From Candidatus Sumerlaeaceae bacterium (GTDB lineage Bacteria > Sumerlaeota > Sumerlaeia > Sumerlaeales > Sumerlaeaceae), in assembly GCA_049968255.1 (NCBI GenBank), contig JBMFRB010000001.1, positions 32,001 through 96,000 of the forward strand: a stretch of 64,000 bases of DNA, written 5' to 3'. This document shows, piece by piece, positions 31,986-41,089 of the stretch. Position 1 is the stretch's first letter, and each line of letters opens with the position of its first letter. The notes beneath the pieces were generated by a model, which made no database searches, had not been told where the DNA came from, and was given only the letters and a program-made list of their open reading frames with translations. The position numbers were made by a program, and so were the translations under genes.

Positions 31986-32068
31986 ATCAAGATTGAGAGA
32001 TTTTGCTCCAGTTGAGAAGAACTCTCGAACGAATAACTATTTCCAATCCAACCAGAAGGACATGTCAG

Positions 32069-33604
32069 ATGCAAGTTACCACGGAAAACTCTCCGGGGCA
32101 GACCTCTTGTTCTCAAAAATGGCTCATTGTATGGGTTTTGGCGCTGTTTGCTTTTGCGGGGGCGCTTTATCTCGCCCGCTTGGGGGCAACGCCCCTGCGC
32201 GTGAACGCTGAGATCCGGACTTACGAGATTACGCGGAACATGATCGAGCGCGGCGATTACATCGTACCGGTTTTCCGCGAAGAAACACGTTTTAATAAAC
32301 CGCCCTTCTACTATTGGTGCTCGATAGCGGTGAGCCGTCTGGCGGGGAATTTTGGACTCGCAACTCATCGGCTGCCTTCTGTGCTTAGTGCGTTTGGCGT
32401 GCTTGGACTGGGTCTGGTGTGGGCTCGAATTCTCCGAGCGGAAAAGGAAACTTTGCTAGGGCTCACTATCCTTGCAGTGACTTATCTTTTTCTAGTCCAA
32501 GCACGACGCGGAAGTTTTGAAGTCCTGCTGAGTTTCCTCTGCAATGCCTCGTTGCTCGCCTTCTATCTAAGCAAAGTCCGCAAATCGTTTAGATGGGCAT
32601 TGGCAGGCGGCATATTGTGGGGCCTGGCCTTTCTTACAAAAGGCTCGCCGGCCCTCCTCTTTGTGCCCCTCGTGCTTGCAGCGTGGCTCTGGGGGCAATC
32701 GAGTTTGACGAAGATTTTCCGGCGCGAGTTGCTGCCAGTTGTTATTGTGGGCGTTTTCATCGCCATGAGTTGGTATGCATACATTCTTGTGTTTCGTCCG
32801 GATAGTCGAAGCGATATTCTGGGCGAGGTGCTCTTACCGCTCGGGATCAAAGCTGGGCCAAAAACTACTGCAGAGCACCGTGCCCCGTTCTATTTCTATG
32901 CGCTGGGCATCTGGCGTGCTGGTTTTCCGCTTTCGATTTTCTTGCCGCTGACAATTTGGCACATGGTGAAACATAAGCTCTACCCAGCAGCTAGCCCTTT
33001 ACGCCTTTTTGCGCTCACGATGATTATTCCTTTTTTGATCTTCAGCGTCATTCCGATGAAACAGGATCATTATTTGTTGCCTGCCTATCTCCCGTGGGCG
33101 ATCCTCACCGGTCTTGCCATTCACGACGCCGTCCGCGGGATAGTTGGGTTTTCGCGCAAGTGGGTGACCGTTCCCGTGGCCCTTGCTTCAGTCCTGCTAC
33201 TCGTCGCGGGATTTGCTGTCGGCATTGGGACTTACATGGTCTTTGAATCGCTGGTCTACGCGGTACTTGCTGGCACTCTGCTCATTGCCACTGCTGGCGC
33301 AACTCTTTGGTTGGTACGCACTGGACGCTCGCCCCAGGCCATCGTAGCATTGGCCTTTTCCACGTGGGTACTCTTTGGGTGGTACTTCGTGTGGATGCGT
33401 CCCATCGAGGATGGTTTTGGTTCCGGCGCTCTTTTCAGCTCGCCGAGCTATAACGCTCAGTATTGGGAAGCAAAAATTCAGCGCTATCCAATTCTGGGCA
33501 AATTACTCGACTACGATCGAGGATTGAAAAAGGCCAAAAAGGCTTCGCGCGGCGGCGCACAGGGCGTTTTTACTCCTTCGCTTGATGCATCGGGTGAAGA
33601 ATGA
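32069..33604 (+). CDS. ArnT-like GT-C glycosyltransferase (family 39/83)
   Basis: E.RTYEITRNMIERGDYIVP, RFNKPPFYYW, RLPS, LTKG, KQDHYLLP; polytopic. Confidence 0.85.
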   Translation: MQVTTENSPGQTSCSQKWLIVWVLALFAFAGALYLARLGATPLRVNAEIRTYEITRNMIERGDYIVPVFREETRFNKPPFYYWCSIAVSRLAGNFGLATHRLPSVLSAFGVLGLGLVWARILRAEKETLLGLTILAVTYLFLVQARRGSFEVLLSFLCNASLLAFYLSKVRKSFRWALAGGILWGLAFLTKGSPALLFVPLVLAAWLWGQSSLTKIFRRELLPVVIVGVFIAMSWYAYILVFRPDSRSDILGEVLLPLGIKAGPKTTAEHRAPFYFYALGIWRAGFPLSIFLPLTIWHMVKHKLYPAASPLRLFALTMIIPFLIFSVIPMKQDHYLLPAYLPWAILTGLAIHDAVRGIVGFSRKWVTVPVALASVLLLVAGFAVGIGTYMVFESLVYAVLAGTLLIATAGATLWLVRTGRSPQAIVALAFSTWVLFGWYFVWMRPIEDGFGSGALFSSPSYNAQYWEAKIQRYPILGKLLDYDRGLKKAKKASRGGAQGVFTPSLDASGEE

Positions 33605-34299
33605 AAATTCTGTTGATCGAAGATTCGCGGCGTCTGCGTGAGGCGTTGGGACACGGCCTTCGGCGTTTAGGTTACACGCTCGTCACAGCAGCTGACGGCG
33701 AGGAGGGATATCGCCTGGCTTCCACGCAGCCGTTTGATATCATCATCCTGGACTTGATGTTGCCAAAGCTCGACGGCTTGTCCGTCCTACGAAAACTCCG
33801 TGCCGAAAAGTGCGATACGAACATTCTCATTCTCAGCGCGCGCGACACCGTGGAGCAGCGAGTTGAAGGACTCCGCAGCGGAGCCGACGATTACCTCGTA
33901 AAACCGTTTTCTTTCGAAGAACTCGTGGCTCGGATCCAAGCCCTAACGCGCCGACGTTTCGGAACACGCTCGCCCCGGATTGTCGTCGGGCCGCTCACAG
34001 TGGATACGGCAGGGCGTGTCGCTTACGTGGACGGAGAACCCGTGGCCCTTACGGCGCGCGAGTTCGCCATCCTCGAGTATTTGGCTTTTCACCGAGACCG
34101 TGTTGTCTCGCGCGCCCAAATCGAAGAGGCACTCTACGAAGATCGATTCGGTTTGGCAAGCAACGCCGTGGAATCGGCTATTTGCCTGCTCCGGAAAAAA
34201 ATTGATCGGCCCGGTCGCCCCTCATTGATTCAAACGCGGCGAGGGCTGGGTTACGTTCTGACTGATGCGCTAGAGAGCGGCGGGGACTCCGAGCCATGA
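33601..34299 (+). CDS. OmpR-family response regulator
   Basis: KILLIED, ILDLMLP, GADDYLVKPF, TRRGLGY. Confidence 0.96.
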   Translation: MKILLIEDSRRLREALGHGLRRLGYTLVTAADGEEGYRLASTQPFDIIILDLMLPKLDGLSVLRKLRAEKCDTNILILSARDTVEQRVEGLRSGADDYLVKPFSFEELVARIQALTRRRFGTRSPRIVVGPLTVDTAGRVAYVDGEPVALTAREFAILEYLAFHRDRVVSRAQIEEALYEDRFGLASNAVESAICLLRKKIDRPGRPSLIQTRRGLGYVLTDALESGGDSEP

Positions 34300-35789
34300 A
34301 AAAACGCCCCTCTCTTCAGTGGCGTCTGTTCGCGCTGGCGTGCGGTCTGCTTCTTTTGCTGGGCGTAGTCAGCGGTTACATCACCTACCGCCTCGTGCGC
34401 CAGAACCTCACGCGTGCCTTTGACCAGGCATTGCGTATGAAAGCGCGCGCATTGCTCTCGTCCGTTCGCAAAGAGTCGAGCGGCAAGCTCGAGCTCGAAT
34501 ATGCGGATGAGATGATGCCGGAGTTTCTCCCCTCGCCTCGCGCGGAATACTTCGAAATCCGCGACGCGCAGGGACAGCTTATCGAAAAATCCCCGTCACT
34601 CGGAGCTCGGGAACTGCAGGCAAAGAAAAGGCATACTCATCGTGCTTATGCGGTGAAAGACGTTCGTTTGCCAGATGGACGTCGTGGGCGTGCCGTGCGA
34701 CTGTGTGGGGTTCCTGCGCAGGAGGAGGACGAGAAAGATGATCGAGCCACGAGTGCGGTCGAAGAGAACATCGTTTGTGTGGTGGTGGCGCGAGAACGCG
34801 AATCGCTGGACCAATCCCTCGCAGTGATTGCTGCTTCCCTTACACTAGGAAGCCTCTTCGTTGCGATAGGCGGCGCCGTAGGGCTAATGCTCGTTGTTCG
34901 GTTTGGGCTGGCACCGCTGCGAGCATTGGCGCAGCGCGTGGAGCAACTCGGTCCCGATGATCTGGATTGCCAACTCACCTCCCCACACTTGCCACAGGAG
35001 CTTGTTCCCATAGCTGAACGGCTGGATCAGTTGTTCGCACGGGTGCGGGAGGCTATCCAACGCGAGCGGCGCTACACAAGCGACGTGGCCCACGAGTTGC
35101 GAACACCGCTGGGAGAACTGCGCGCGACCCTGGAGGTGGCTGCCTGTTGGCCCGACGATCATGCCCTTTTGCGCAGTTCCATCGAACAGGCTCTGGAATC
35201 CGTGGGCGAAGCAGAGACGCTCGTGAACACGCTCCTGGAACTTGCACGTAGGGGGCATGCAGCCGCACCGCCACCCATGCAACCGCTTTGGTTCCGTACC
35301 ATCATCGACGAAGAAATTGGCAAACTTGCAAAACAGGCAGAGGAGCGCGGAATCCGGTTTACTTGGCTACCAGCTGCGCCAACGTCCGATCGCACCATTG
35401 AGGCGCATCCCGATCTGTTTCGGGCCGTGATGCGCAACATCCTTAGCAATGCTGTCGAGTACGCACCCGAGGGAAGCGAGGTTCAGTTGCAGACAAAAGA
35501 ACAGGAAGGCGCCTTCCTTGCGATCGAGGTTTGCAACCAGGCGCCTGAGCTGGAGGCGAAAGACATTGAAGAAATGTGTCAGCCATTCTGGCGCAAGGAC
35601 GCCGCCCGCACAGATCGCCAACACAGCGGGCTCGGTCTTACCATTACCCAATCGCTGTGTAAGGTGATGGGAATGAGGTTGAGCCTAGAGCTCGAATCCG
35701 ATGGCCTGCTCGTTGTCCGTCTTGTGGCCAAGACGGCTGACGGTGACAAGGGGCTTGGGAATCCCCAAGAACATTTCCACACGTGCTAA
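34296..35789 (+). CDS. sensor histidine kinase (HAMP-HisKA-HATPase)
   Basis: Two TM segments, DVAHELRTPL, NILSNAVEY, GLGL. Confidence 0.94.
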   Translation: MKKRPSLQWRLFALACGLLLLLGVVSGYITYRLVRQNLTRAFDQALRMKARALLSSVRKESSGKLELEYADEMMPEFLPSPRAEYFEIRDAQGQLIEKSPSLGARELQAKKRHTHRAYAVKDVRLPDGRRGRAVRLCGVPAQEEDEKDDRATSAVEENIVCVVVARERESLDQSLAVIAASLTLGSLFVAIGGAVGLMLVVRFGLAPLRALAQRVEQLGPDDLDCQLTSPHLPQELVPIAERLDQLFARVREAIQRERRYTSDVAHELRTPLGELRATLEVAACWPDDHALLRSSIEQALESVGEAETLVNTLLELARRGHAAAPPPMQPLWFRTIIDEEIGKLAKQAEERGIRFTWLPAAPTSDRTIEAHPDLFRAVMRNILSNAVEYAPEGSEVQLQTKEQEGAFLAIEVCNQAPELEAKDIEEMCQPFWRKDAARTDRQHSGLGLTITQSLCKVMGMRLSLELESDGLLVVRLVAKTADGDKGLGNPQEHFHTC

Positions 35790-35942
35790 AAGACACGTTT
35801 TGTGCAATGCGGCAGCCTGATGTGGATACACAAGCTGTGCGGTTGCACTGACGAGTGGTCCCCGTGGACGTTTTCCGATGGCTTGAATAGGGGCAAGCAA
35901 GCCCAGTAATTGAAGATCAAAGATGCGCTGGGACGGCGCAAT

Positions 35943-36040
35943 CCCGGTGCGCCTCGGACGACGGTTCGGTCCGAACCTGGTCAGGCCCTGACGGGAGCAG
36001 CCATAAGGACGTCTGGCCGTGTGTTCGATGGCGTGCCGGG
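35943..36040 (+). ncRNA. ffs: small bacterial SRP RNA (4.5S)
   Basis: TCAGG-CCC-TGAC-GGG-AGCAGC domain IV motif in a long hairpin closed by CCCGGTGCGCC/GGCGTGCCGGG; outer GACGGC/GCCGTC then T7. Confidence 0.9.
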
Positions 36041-36056
36041 TTTGGGCCGTCTTTTT

Positions 36057-37247
36057 TTATGGGCTTATGACTGCCGGCTTGACTCGACGCTTGTCCAGAA
36101 ATTCAATAATGCGTTCGACAGCTCGCGCGGCACTCCCTGGCTTGCCAAAGGACTGGCGGATTCGCTCATATTCGGACCGCATGGCCGCGAGCCGCTGTGG
36201 CGAGAGAAGGATATCGAGCGCCTTAGCTGCAATTTTGGGGCCAACGACCTCGTGCTGAAGAAGTTCGGGCACCACTTCCCTACCAGCAACGATATTGACA
36301 AGACTTATCCACGGTGTGCGAACGACAGTACGGGCAAACAAGTAAGTGAGCCAGGAAACGCGGTAGATGACAATTTGAGGCACTCCAGCAAGCGCCAGCT
36401 CCAGCGTGGAAGTACCGCTTTTGCAAATTGCGAAATCCAGCGCTCCACGCACGGAAGCATGATCTTCCAAAGCAACGGCTATCGGGAAATGGCGCCTTGC
36501 CCGCATCGCCTGGGCAACAATGGTGTCATCAACCGTGTGGGCTTTCGGAATGACGAATGCCGCTGAGGGGATGTGCTTCGCGATAGTCCCAGCTGCATCA
36601 AGGAGGGGGCGCAAATGATACTCCCATTCGCTTCGGCGGCTACCAGGCAGCAATCCAATAAGGGTGGCGTCGGGCTTAAAGCCAAGCCATTGGCACACTT
36701 GCGCCTTTGTGCGAGTAGGCGAAGGGGCATCCAGTAAAGGGTGGCCGACGAAATACGTTTCTATCCCCGCTTCGCGGAATAAGGTCTCTTCGAACGGAAA
36801 GATGACGAGGAGGAGGGATACAGCTCGCTTGAGAATCTCAATGCGGGAATAATGCCAGGCCCAAACCTGAGGAGCAATGTAGTAAATTACTGGAATTCCA
36901 AGTCTTGCAGCCTGTTGTGCAAGACGAAGGTTGAAGCCTGGGTAATCGACAAGCACCAAAGCATCAGGCCGCTTGCTCTCGAGCAAAGCACAAGCTTGAC
37001 GAAAGAGCTGCTTGAGCTGAGGATAGTGATAGAGCGCCTGGGTAATTCCAATGATCGGAAAGCCTGAAGCCAGATCGAATTCCAGACGCATCCCAGCGCT
37101 TTCCATCGCCTTTCCACCATATCCAAAGCACTCTAAGTCTGATACTTGTCTCTTTAATATTGATATAAGACGTGAAGCATGCTGATCAGCAGAATGTTCC
37201 CCCGCCACGAACATGAGCTTAAGGGGCTGGGACGATGGGCCGGCCAT
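36057..37247 (-). CDS. lpxB: lipid-A-disaccharide synthase
   Basis: VAGEHSAD, VDYPGFN, PQVWAW, FVGHPL, LPGSRRSE, KSGTSTLE. Confidence 0.96.
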   Translation of the reverse strand: MAGPSSQPLKLMFVAGEHSADQHASRLISILKRQVSDLECFGYGGKAMESAGMRLEFDLASGFPIIGITQALYHYPQLKQLFRQACALLESKRPDALVLVDYPGFNLRLAQQAARLGIPVIYYIAPQVWAWHYSRIEILKRAVSLLLVIFPFEETLFREAGIETYFVGHPLLDAPSPTRTKAQVCQWLGFKPDATLIGLLPGSRRSEWEYHLRPLLDAAGTIAKHIPSAAFVIPKAHTVDDTIVAQAMRARRHFPIAVALEDHASVRGALDFAICKSGTSTLELALAGVPQIVIYRVSWLTYLFARTVVRTPWISLVNIVAGREVVPELLQHEVVGPKIAAKALDILLSPQRLAAMRSEYERIRQSFGKPGSAARAVERIIEFLDKRRVKPAVISP

Positions 37248-37269
37248 AGAGGCAGGAAATCTCTCCCTC

Positions 37270-38241
37270 TCAATAGTCGTTAAAGTATTTTTCTAGTCTT
37301 TCATGAATAAGGCGCGTAATTTCAACTGCTAATTCTAATGCGTCGCGTGCATGTTCCCCCTTGACCATCGGCTCGGTGCCACGTTCAATGCATTCGAGGA
37401 AATGTTGCAGTTCAAGTTTGAGGGGTTCCTGCCTTTTCAGGGTTTCCTTGGTTCGAACAATGGTCACTGTTGGTGTCCCCGGCGGCGCGTTGGGGGTATG
37501 AATCCGCCTGTAGATCTCGACGTCCTGTTCAATGTAGTCGATTGCGATATAGGCGTTGCGCTGAAAGACTCTTATTTTCCGTTTTCGGACGGGCGTCACG
37601 CGGCTTGCGGTCAGATTGGCAATGCAGCCGTTCTCGAAGTGGATCCGGGCATTGGCGATGTCTTCCTTGTCGCCGTAGATACCCACGCCGGCTGCTTCGA
37701 GATAGGTGACGGGCGCATTCACAAGCTGAAGAATGATGTCGAGGTCATGGATCATGAGATCAAGCACGACGCCGACATCCTTGACGCGGGGATCATAAGG
37801 GCCGAGGCGATGCGCTTCGATGAACGCCGGGTTGCGCACAATTTGTTTCAACCGCATGATCGCGGTGTTGAAGCGTTCGATGTGGCCGACCTGGAGGATA
37901 CGCTGCTTTTCGCGTGCCAGGTTGATGAGCGCCTGGGCCTGTTCCACATTGGAAGTGATCGGTTTCTCGACGAGAACATGGACGCCGCTCTCGAGAAAGT
38001 CTCGAGCTATCTCATAATGGAGGACAGTGGGCACAACAATGCTGCAGGCGTCAACGCGTCCGAGCAGTTCCCGATAGTCCGTGTAAGCAGAGGTCTTGTA
38101 CTGCTTTGCTATCTTTTGGGCTGCGCGGGCGTCCACGTCGGCCACGCCCACCAGTTCGCAATTTTCCAATTCCGCGTACACTCGGGCGTGGTGCTGACCC
38201 AAATGGCCCACTCCCACGACCCCGACGCGAATCTTAGGCAT
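37270..38241 (-). CDS. Gfo/Idh/MocA oxidoreductase, GnnA-like (UDP-GlcNAc 3-dehydrogenase)
   Basis: VGVGHLGQHHAR, VEKP, GHIERFN, DVGVVLDLMIHDLD; immediately upstream of lpxB. Confidence 0.8.
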   Translation of the reverse strand: MPKIRVGVVGVGHLGQHHARVYAELENCELVGVADVDARAAQKIAKQYKTSAYTDYRELLGRVDACSIVVPTVLHYEIARDFLESGVHVLVEKPITSNVEQAQALINLAREKQRILQVGHIERFNTAIMRLKQIVRNPAFIEAHRLGPYDPRVKDVGVVLDLMIHDLDIILQLVNAPVTYLEAAGVGIYGDKEDIANARIHFENGCIANLTASRVTPVRKRKIRVFQRNAYIAIDYIEQDVEIYRRIHTPNAPPGTPTVTIVRTKETLKRQEPLKLELQHFLECIERGTEPMVKGEHARDALELAVEITRLIHERLEKYFNDY

Positions 38242-38337
38242 TCGGCTTCCAGATTCTCGGCAAGATTCGTATGATGACTTTGCTACAGCGCCACCCCCAC
38301 GCGGCGTCGTCAAGCTCGATTATCACCGGCAAAACGT

Positions 38338-38628
38338 TCACTGGACCTTGTGGGCGCGAGCACGCTCCTTGAGCATGCGATGCATCCGCCGCCGGCACAT
38401 CGCGCAAAGCTCGAAAACGTAAGCTTCGTAGACTTCGTCCGTGGCCTCCTCCGCATCGAGAAACTCCATCTCTTCGATCAGTTTCTCGATTTGCGCCGTA
38501 TGATCAGCAAGCAGATCGTCAATCGTCAACTCGATTGGTTGCGCTTTAGCGTAAAGCTCGATGCGCAAGACGTAGAGCTGCGCACCCGGTGGCACGTCAG
38601 CCCCGCAGTTTGAGCACTTTCGACTCAT
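38338..38628 (-). CDS. small hypothetical protein with split CxxC...CxxC zinc motif
   Basis: CSNC near N-terminus, LCAMC near C-terminus, acidic middle. Confidence 0.7.
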   Translation of the reverse strand: MSRKCSNCGADVPPGAQLYVLRIELYAKAQPIELTIDDLLADHTAQIEKLIEEMEFLDAEEATDEVYEAYVFELCAMCRRRMHRMLKERARAHKVQ

Positions 38629-38719
38629 GCGGTAATTTTGCTGTGCCGAACCGCAAGTTGTCAATGGTTATGGATTTTCTTTGCCACGCCGCAGTCGACC
38701 TCATTAGATTTGAACTCGT

Positions 38720-39127
38720 ATGTCAGCAATGTGGCACTTCGAAAAGCATTTCACGCCAGCGGAAGCGAATTCTCTCATTCCCCGAGTTCGCGAAAACTTC
38801 CGCAAGATTCACACGCTGCTAGGCTATGACTACCCTGGCTGGACGAAGGTGGCCAGTCATGGCAATGGCAATGGCAAGATGTGGCAATTCAAATTGTTGG
38901 CCCAACAGCTGGGACGTCGTGAATGCGAAGACATGGCGGGAGATCTCATTCGGGAATTGGAGGAGCTGGGGATCATTGTGCGGGATTGGCGACGTGGGCT
39001 GGTCGATTTCCCTGCGGTGTGGGCTGGTCGAGAGGTCTTTCTGTGCTACGAATTGGACGACGGCGAGCAGGTGCGGTTCTATCATGGACTGAATGAGGGC
39101 TATGCTGGCCGTCGGCCGCTAAAGTAA
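38720..39127 (+). CDS. DUF2203 family protein
   Basis: FTPAEANSLIP, GLVDFP, EVFLC, YHGLNEGYAGRRP. Confidence 0.85.
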   Translation: MSAMWHFEKHFTPAEANSLIPRVRENFRKIHTLLGYDYPGWTKVASHGNGNGKMWQFKLLAQQLGRRECEDMAGDLIRELEELGIIVRDWRRGLVDFPAVWAGREVFLCYELDDGEQVRFYHGLNEGYAGRRPLK

Positions 39128-39148
39128 TTTCTTATCGAGGTGACAAGG

Positions 39149-40195
39149 ATGAAAGCAGTTGTTTTCGAGCAGACGGGCGGTCTCGACAAACTGGTGGTGA
39201 AAGAGATGCCGTGCCCCAGGCCAGGGCCCGGCGAGGTTCTTGTGCAGGTGAAGGCCTGCGCTTTGAATCATCTCGACATCTGGGCGCGGCGGGGTGCCTT
39301 CAACGTGCCGCTTCCGATGCCCCATATTTCGGGATGTGACGTGTGCGGGATCGTTGCGGAGGTGGGTGCTGGCGTCGAAGGTCTGCAAGTAGGCGATCGG
39401 GTCATTATTGCTCCCGGCCAGGGATGCGGCCACTGCCCGGAATGCCTGGCTGGCCGCGACTCGTATTGTCCCGACTATAAGATTTTTGGCTTCCAGATTC
39501 AAGGCGGTTATGCAGAATTTACAGTGACTGCCGCGCGGCATGTGATTGCCGTCCCGCGCACGCTGAGCTACGAACAGTGGGCTGCGCTGCCCCTTGTCTT
39601 TCTCACCGCCCACCACATGCTTTTCTCGTGTGGCAAGCTCAAGGCCGGACAAACTGTGCTCATCCACGCCTGTGGTAGCGGCGTCGGCATGGCTGCGATT
39701 CAACTGGCCAAACTCGCTGGAGCCTTCATTATTACCACTTCGGCCAGCGATCATAAATTACAACGGGCGTGCCGCGAACAGGGAGTAGATGGAACAATCA
39801 ACTATAACCGCGACGACCTGATCGAGCATGTCGAGCATCTGACTAACGGCAGCGGCGTGGACCTTGTGATAGACCCGGTGGGACCAGCGGTGTGGGAGAA
39901 AAGCATCGCGGTGTTGCGACGCGGCGGACGTCTGGTAAACTGCGCAGCAACGACAGGCATGGAGGCACAGATTAGCGTTCGTAGCCTTTACGCTAAGCAA
40001 ATTGCACTTGTCGGCTCATATATGGGCTTTCGTTCGGAGCTCGACACAGTGATCCGCCTCGCTGCGGCTAAGAAAATTGAGCCCATCGTTGATTCTACAT
40101 TCCGCCTAGAGAGAGCATGCGACGCACAGGCACGCATGGAGAACCGCGAAAACTACGGCAAAATCGTATTAGTCACAGACTCGACGCTGTGCTGA
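39149..40195 (+). CDS. zinc-binding alcohol dehydrogenase / quinone oxidoreductase (MDR family)
   Basis: MKAV, ALNHLD, structural Zn CGHCPEC..C, YGKIVL. Confidence 0.88.
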   Translation: MKAVVFEQTGGLDKLVVKEMPCPRPGPGEVLVQVKACALNHLDIWARRGAFNVPLPMPHISGCDVCGIVAEVGAGVEGLQVGDRVIIAPGQGCGHCPECLAGRDSYCPDYKIFGFQIQGGYAEFTVTAARHVIAVPRTLSYEQWAALPLVFLTAHHMLFSCGKLKAGQTVLIHACGSGVGMAAIQLAKLAGAFIITTSASDHKLQRACREQGVDGTINYNRDDLIEHVEHLTNGSGVDLVIDPVGPAVWEKSIAVLRRGGRLVNCAATTGMEAQISVRSLYAKQIALVGSYMGFRSELDTVIRLAAAKKIEPIVDSTFRLERACDAQARMENRENYGKIVLVTDSTLC

Positions 40196-40312
40196 TGAGC
40201 ACGCGGCATTTCTCAAGAGTTGACAGCGGTGAGTTCTTTCTCAGGTTGTAACGTCGTTGTGTTGTCCAAGGACAAGACATACGAACTCTGCGATACCAAG
40301 AACGGGTTGCCC

Positions 40313-40828
40313 ATGGTGAATTTGAAAGACTACATACGCGACATCCCAGATTTCCCCAAGCCGGGGATCGTCTTTAAGGACATTACTCCGCTGCTGAAAT
40401 CTGCGGAGGCTTTCCGCGCGACGGTTGATCGGCTTGCCGAGCGCTACAAGGGCAAGGCAATCACACAAGTGGTGGCAATTGAGTCGAGGGGCTTTCTTTT
40501 TGGGGCGGCGCTGGCTTATGCGATAGGCGCCGGCGTTGTTCCCGTGCGCAAAGTTGGCAAGCTTCCCGCAGCCACATTTCGCGAGAGTTACGAGCTCGAG
40601 TATGGCACGGACAGCGTAGAAATCCACCAAGATGCAATCACGCCTCAGGACAAGGTGATCGTGCTCGATGACGTCATTGCCACGGGAGGCACACTAGCCG
40701 CAGCATGTCGGCTCGTGCGTGGGTCGGGAGGATCAATTCACGAAGCAGCAACAATTATTGAGCTCACCTTCCTCAACGGCCGCGAAAAACTCGGTGATGT
40801 CCCTTTCCACTCTCTCCTTTCCTACTAA
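40313..40828 (+). CDS. apt: adenine phosphoribosyltransferase
   Basis: [40 protein letters not shown]. Confidence 0.97.
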   Translation: MVNLKDYIRDIPDFPKPGIVFKDITPLLKSAEAFRATVDRLAERYKGKAITQVVAIESRGFLFGAALAYAIGAGVVPVRKVGKLPAATFRESYELEYGTDSVEIHQDAITPQDKVIVLDDVIATGGTLAAACRLVRGSGGSIHEAATIIELTFLNGREKLGDVPFHSLLSY

Positions 40829-41089
40829 TTGAGATGATGCTGCTGCCCTTTTCGCAAGGGCTGGTGATAGCACGGGCGCCCGCCAGCGAGGCGATTTGAT
40901 CCGAGAGCGGTGGCCGCATGCGCAAATTGAAACGGAAAACGTGGCTCCCCGCGCGACGAAGCCTATGAGAGACTCTTTTTCGTGCTCGGCATGAGCGGGT
41001 GGCACTCTTTGCGCCACTCACCTGCCTTACAGGGCATCGATCCTCGGGGGCTTCTGTTGACTACCTGATGCTAACGCACCACAATTGTA

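Noticed and set aside
35821-35829. TGTGGATAC DnaA-box-like site
   Set aside because: Single mismatched box, no cluster or AT-rich unwinding element, so no oriC evidence
35910-36566. 218-aa plus-strand ORF
   Set aside because: Overlaps SRP RNA and is antisense to lpxB
37351-38274. 307-aa plus-strand ORF
   Set aside because: Antisense shadow of the gnnA-like gene
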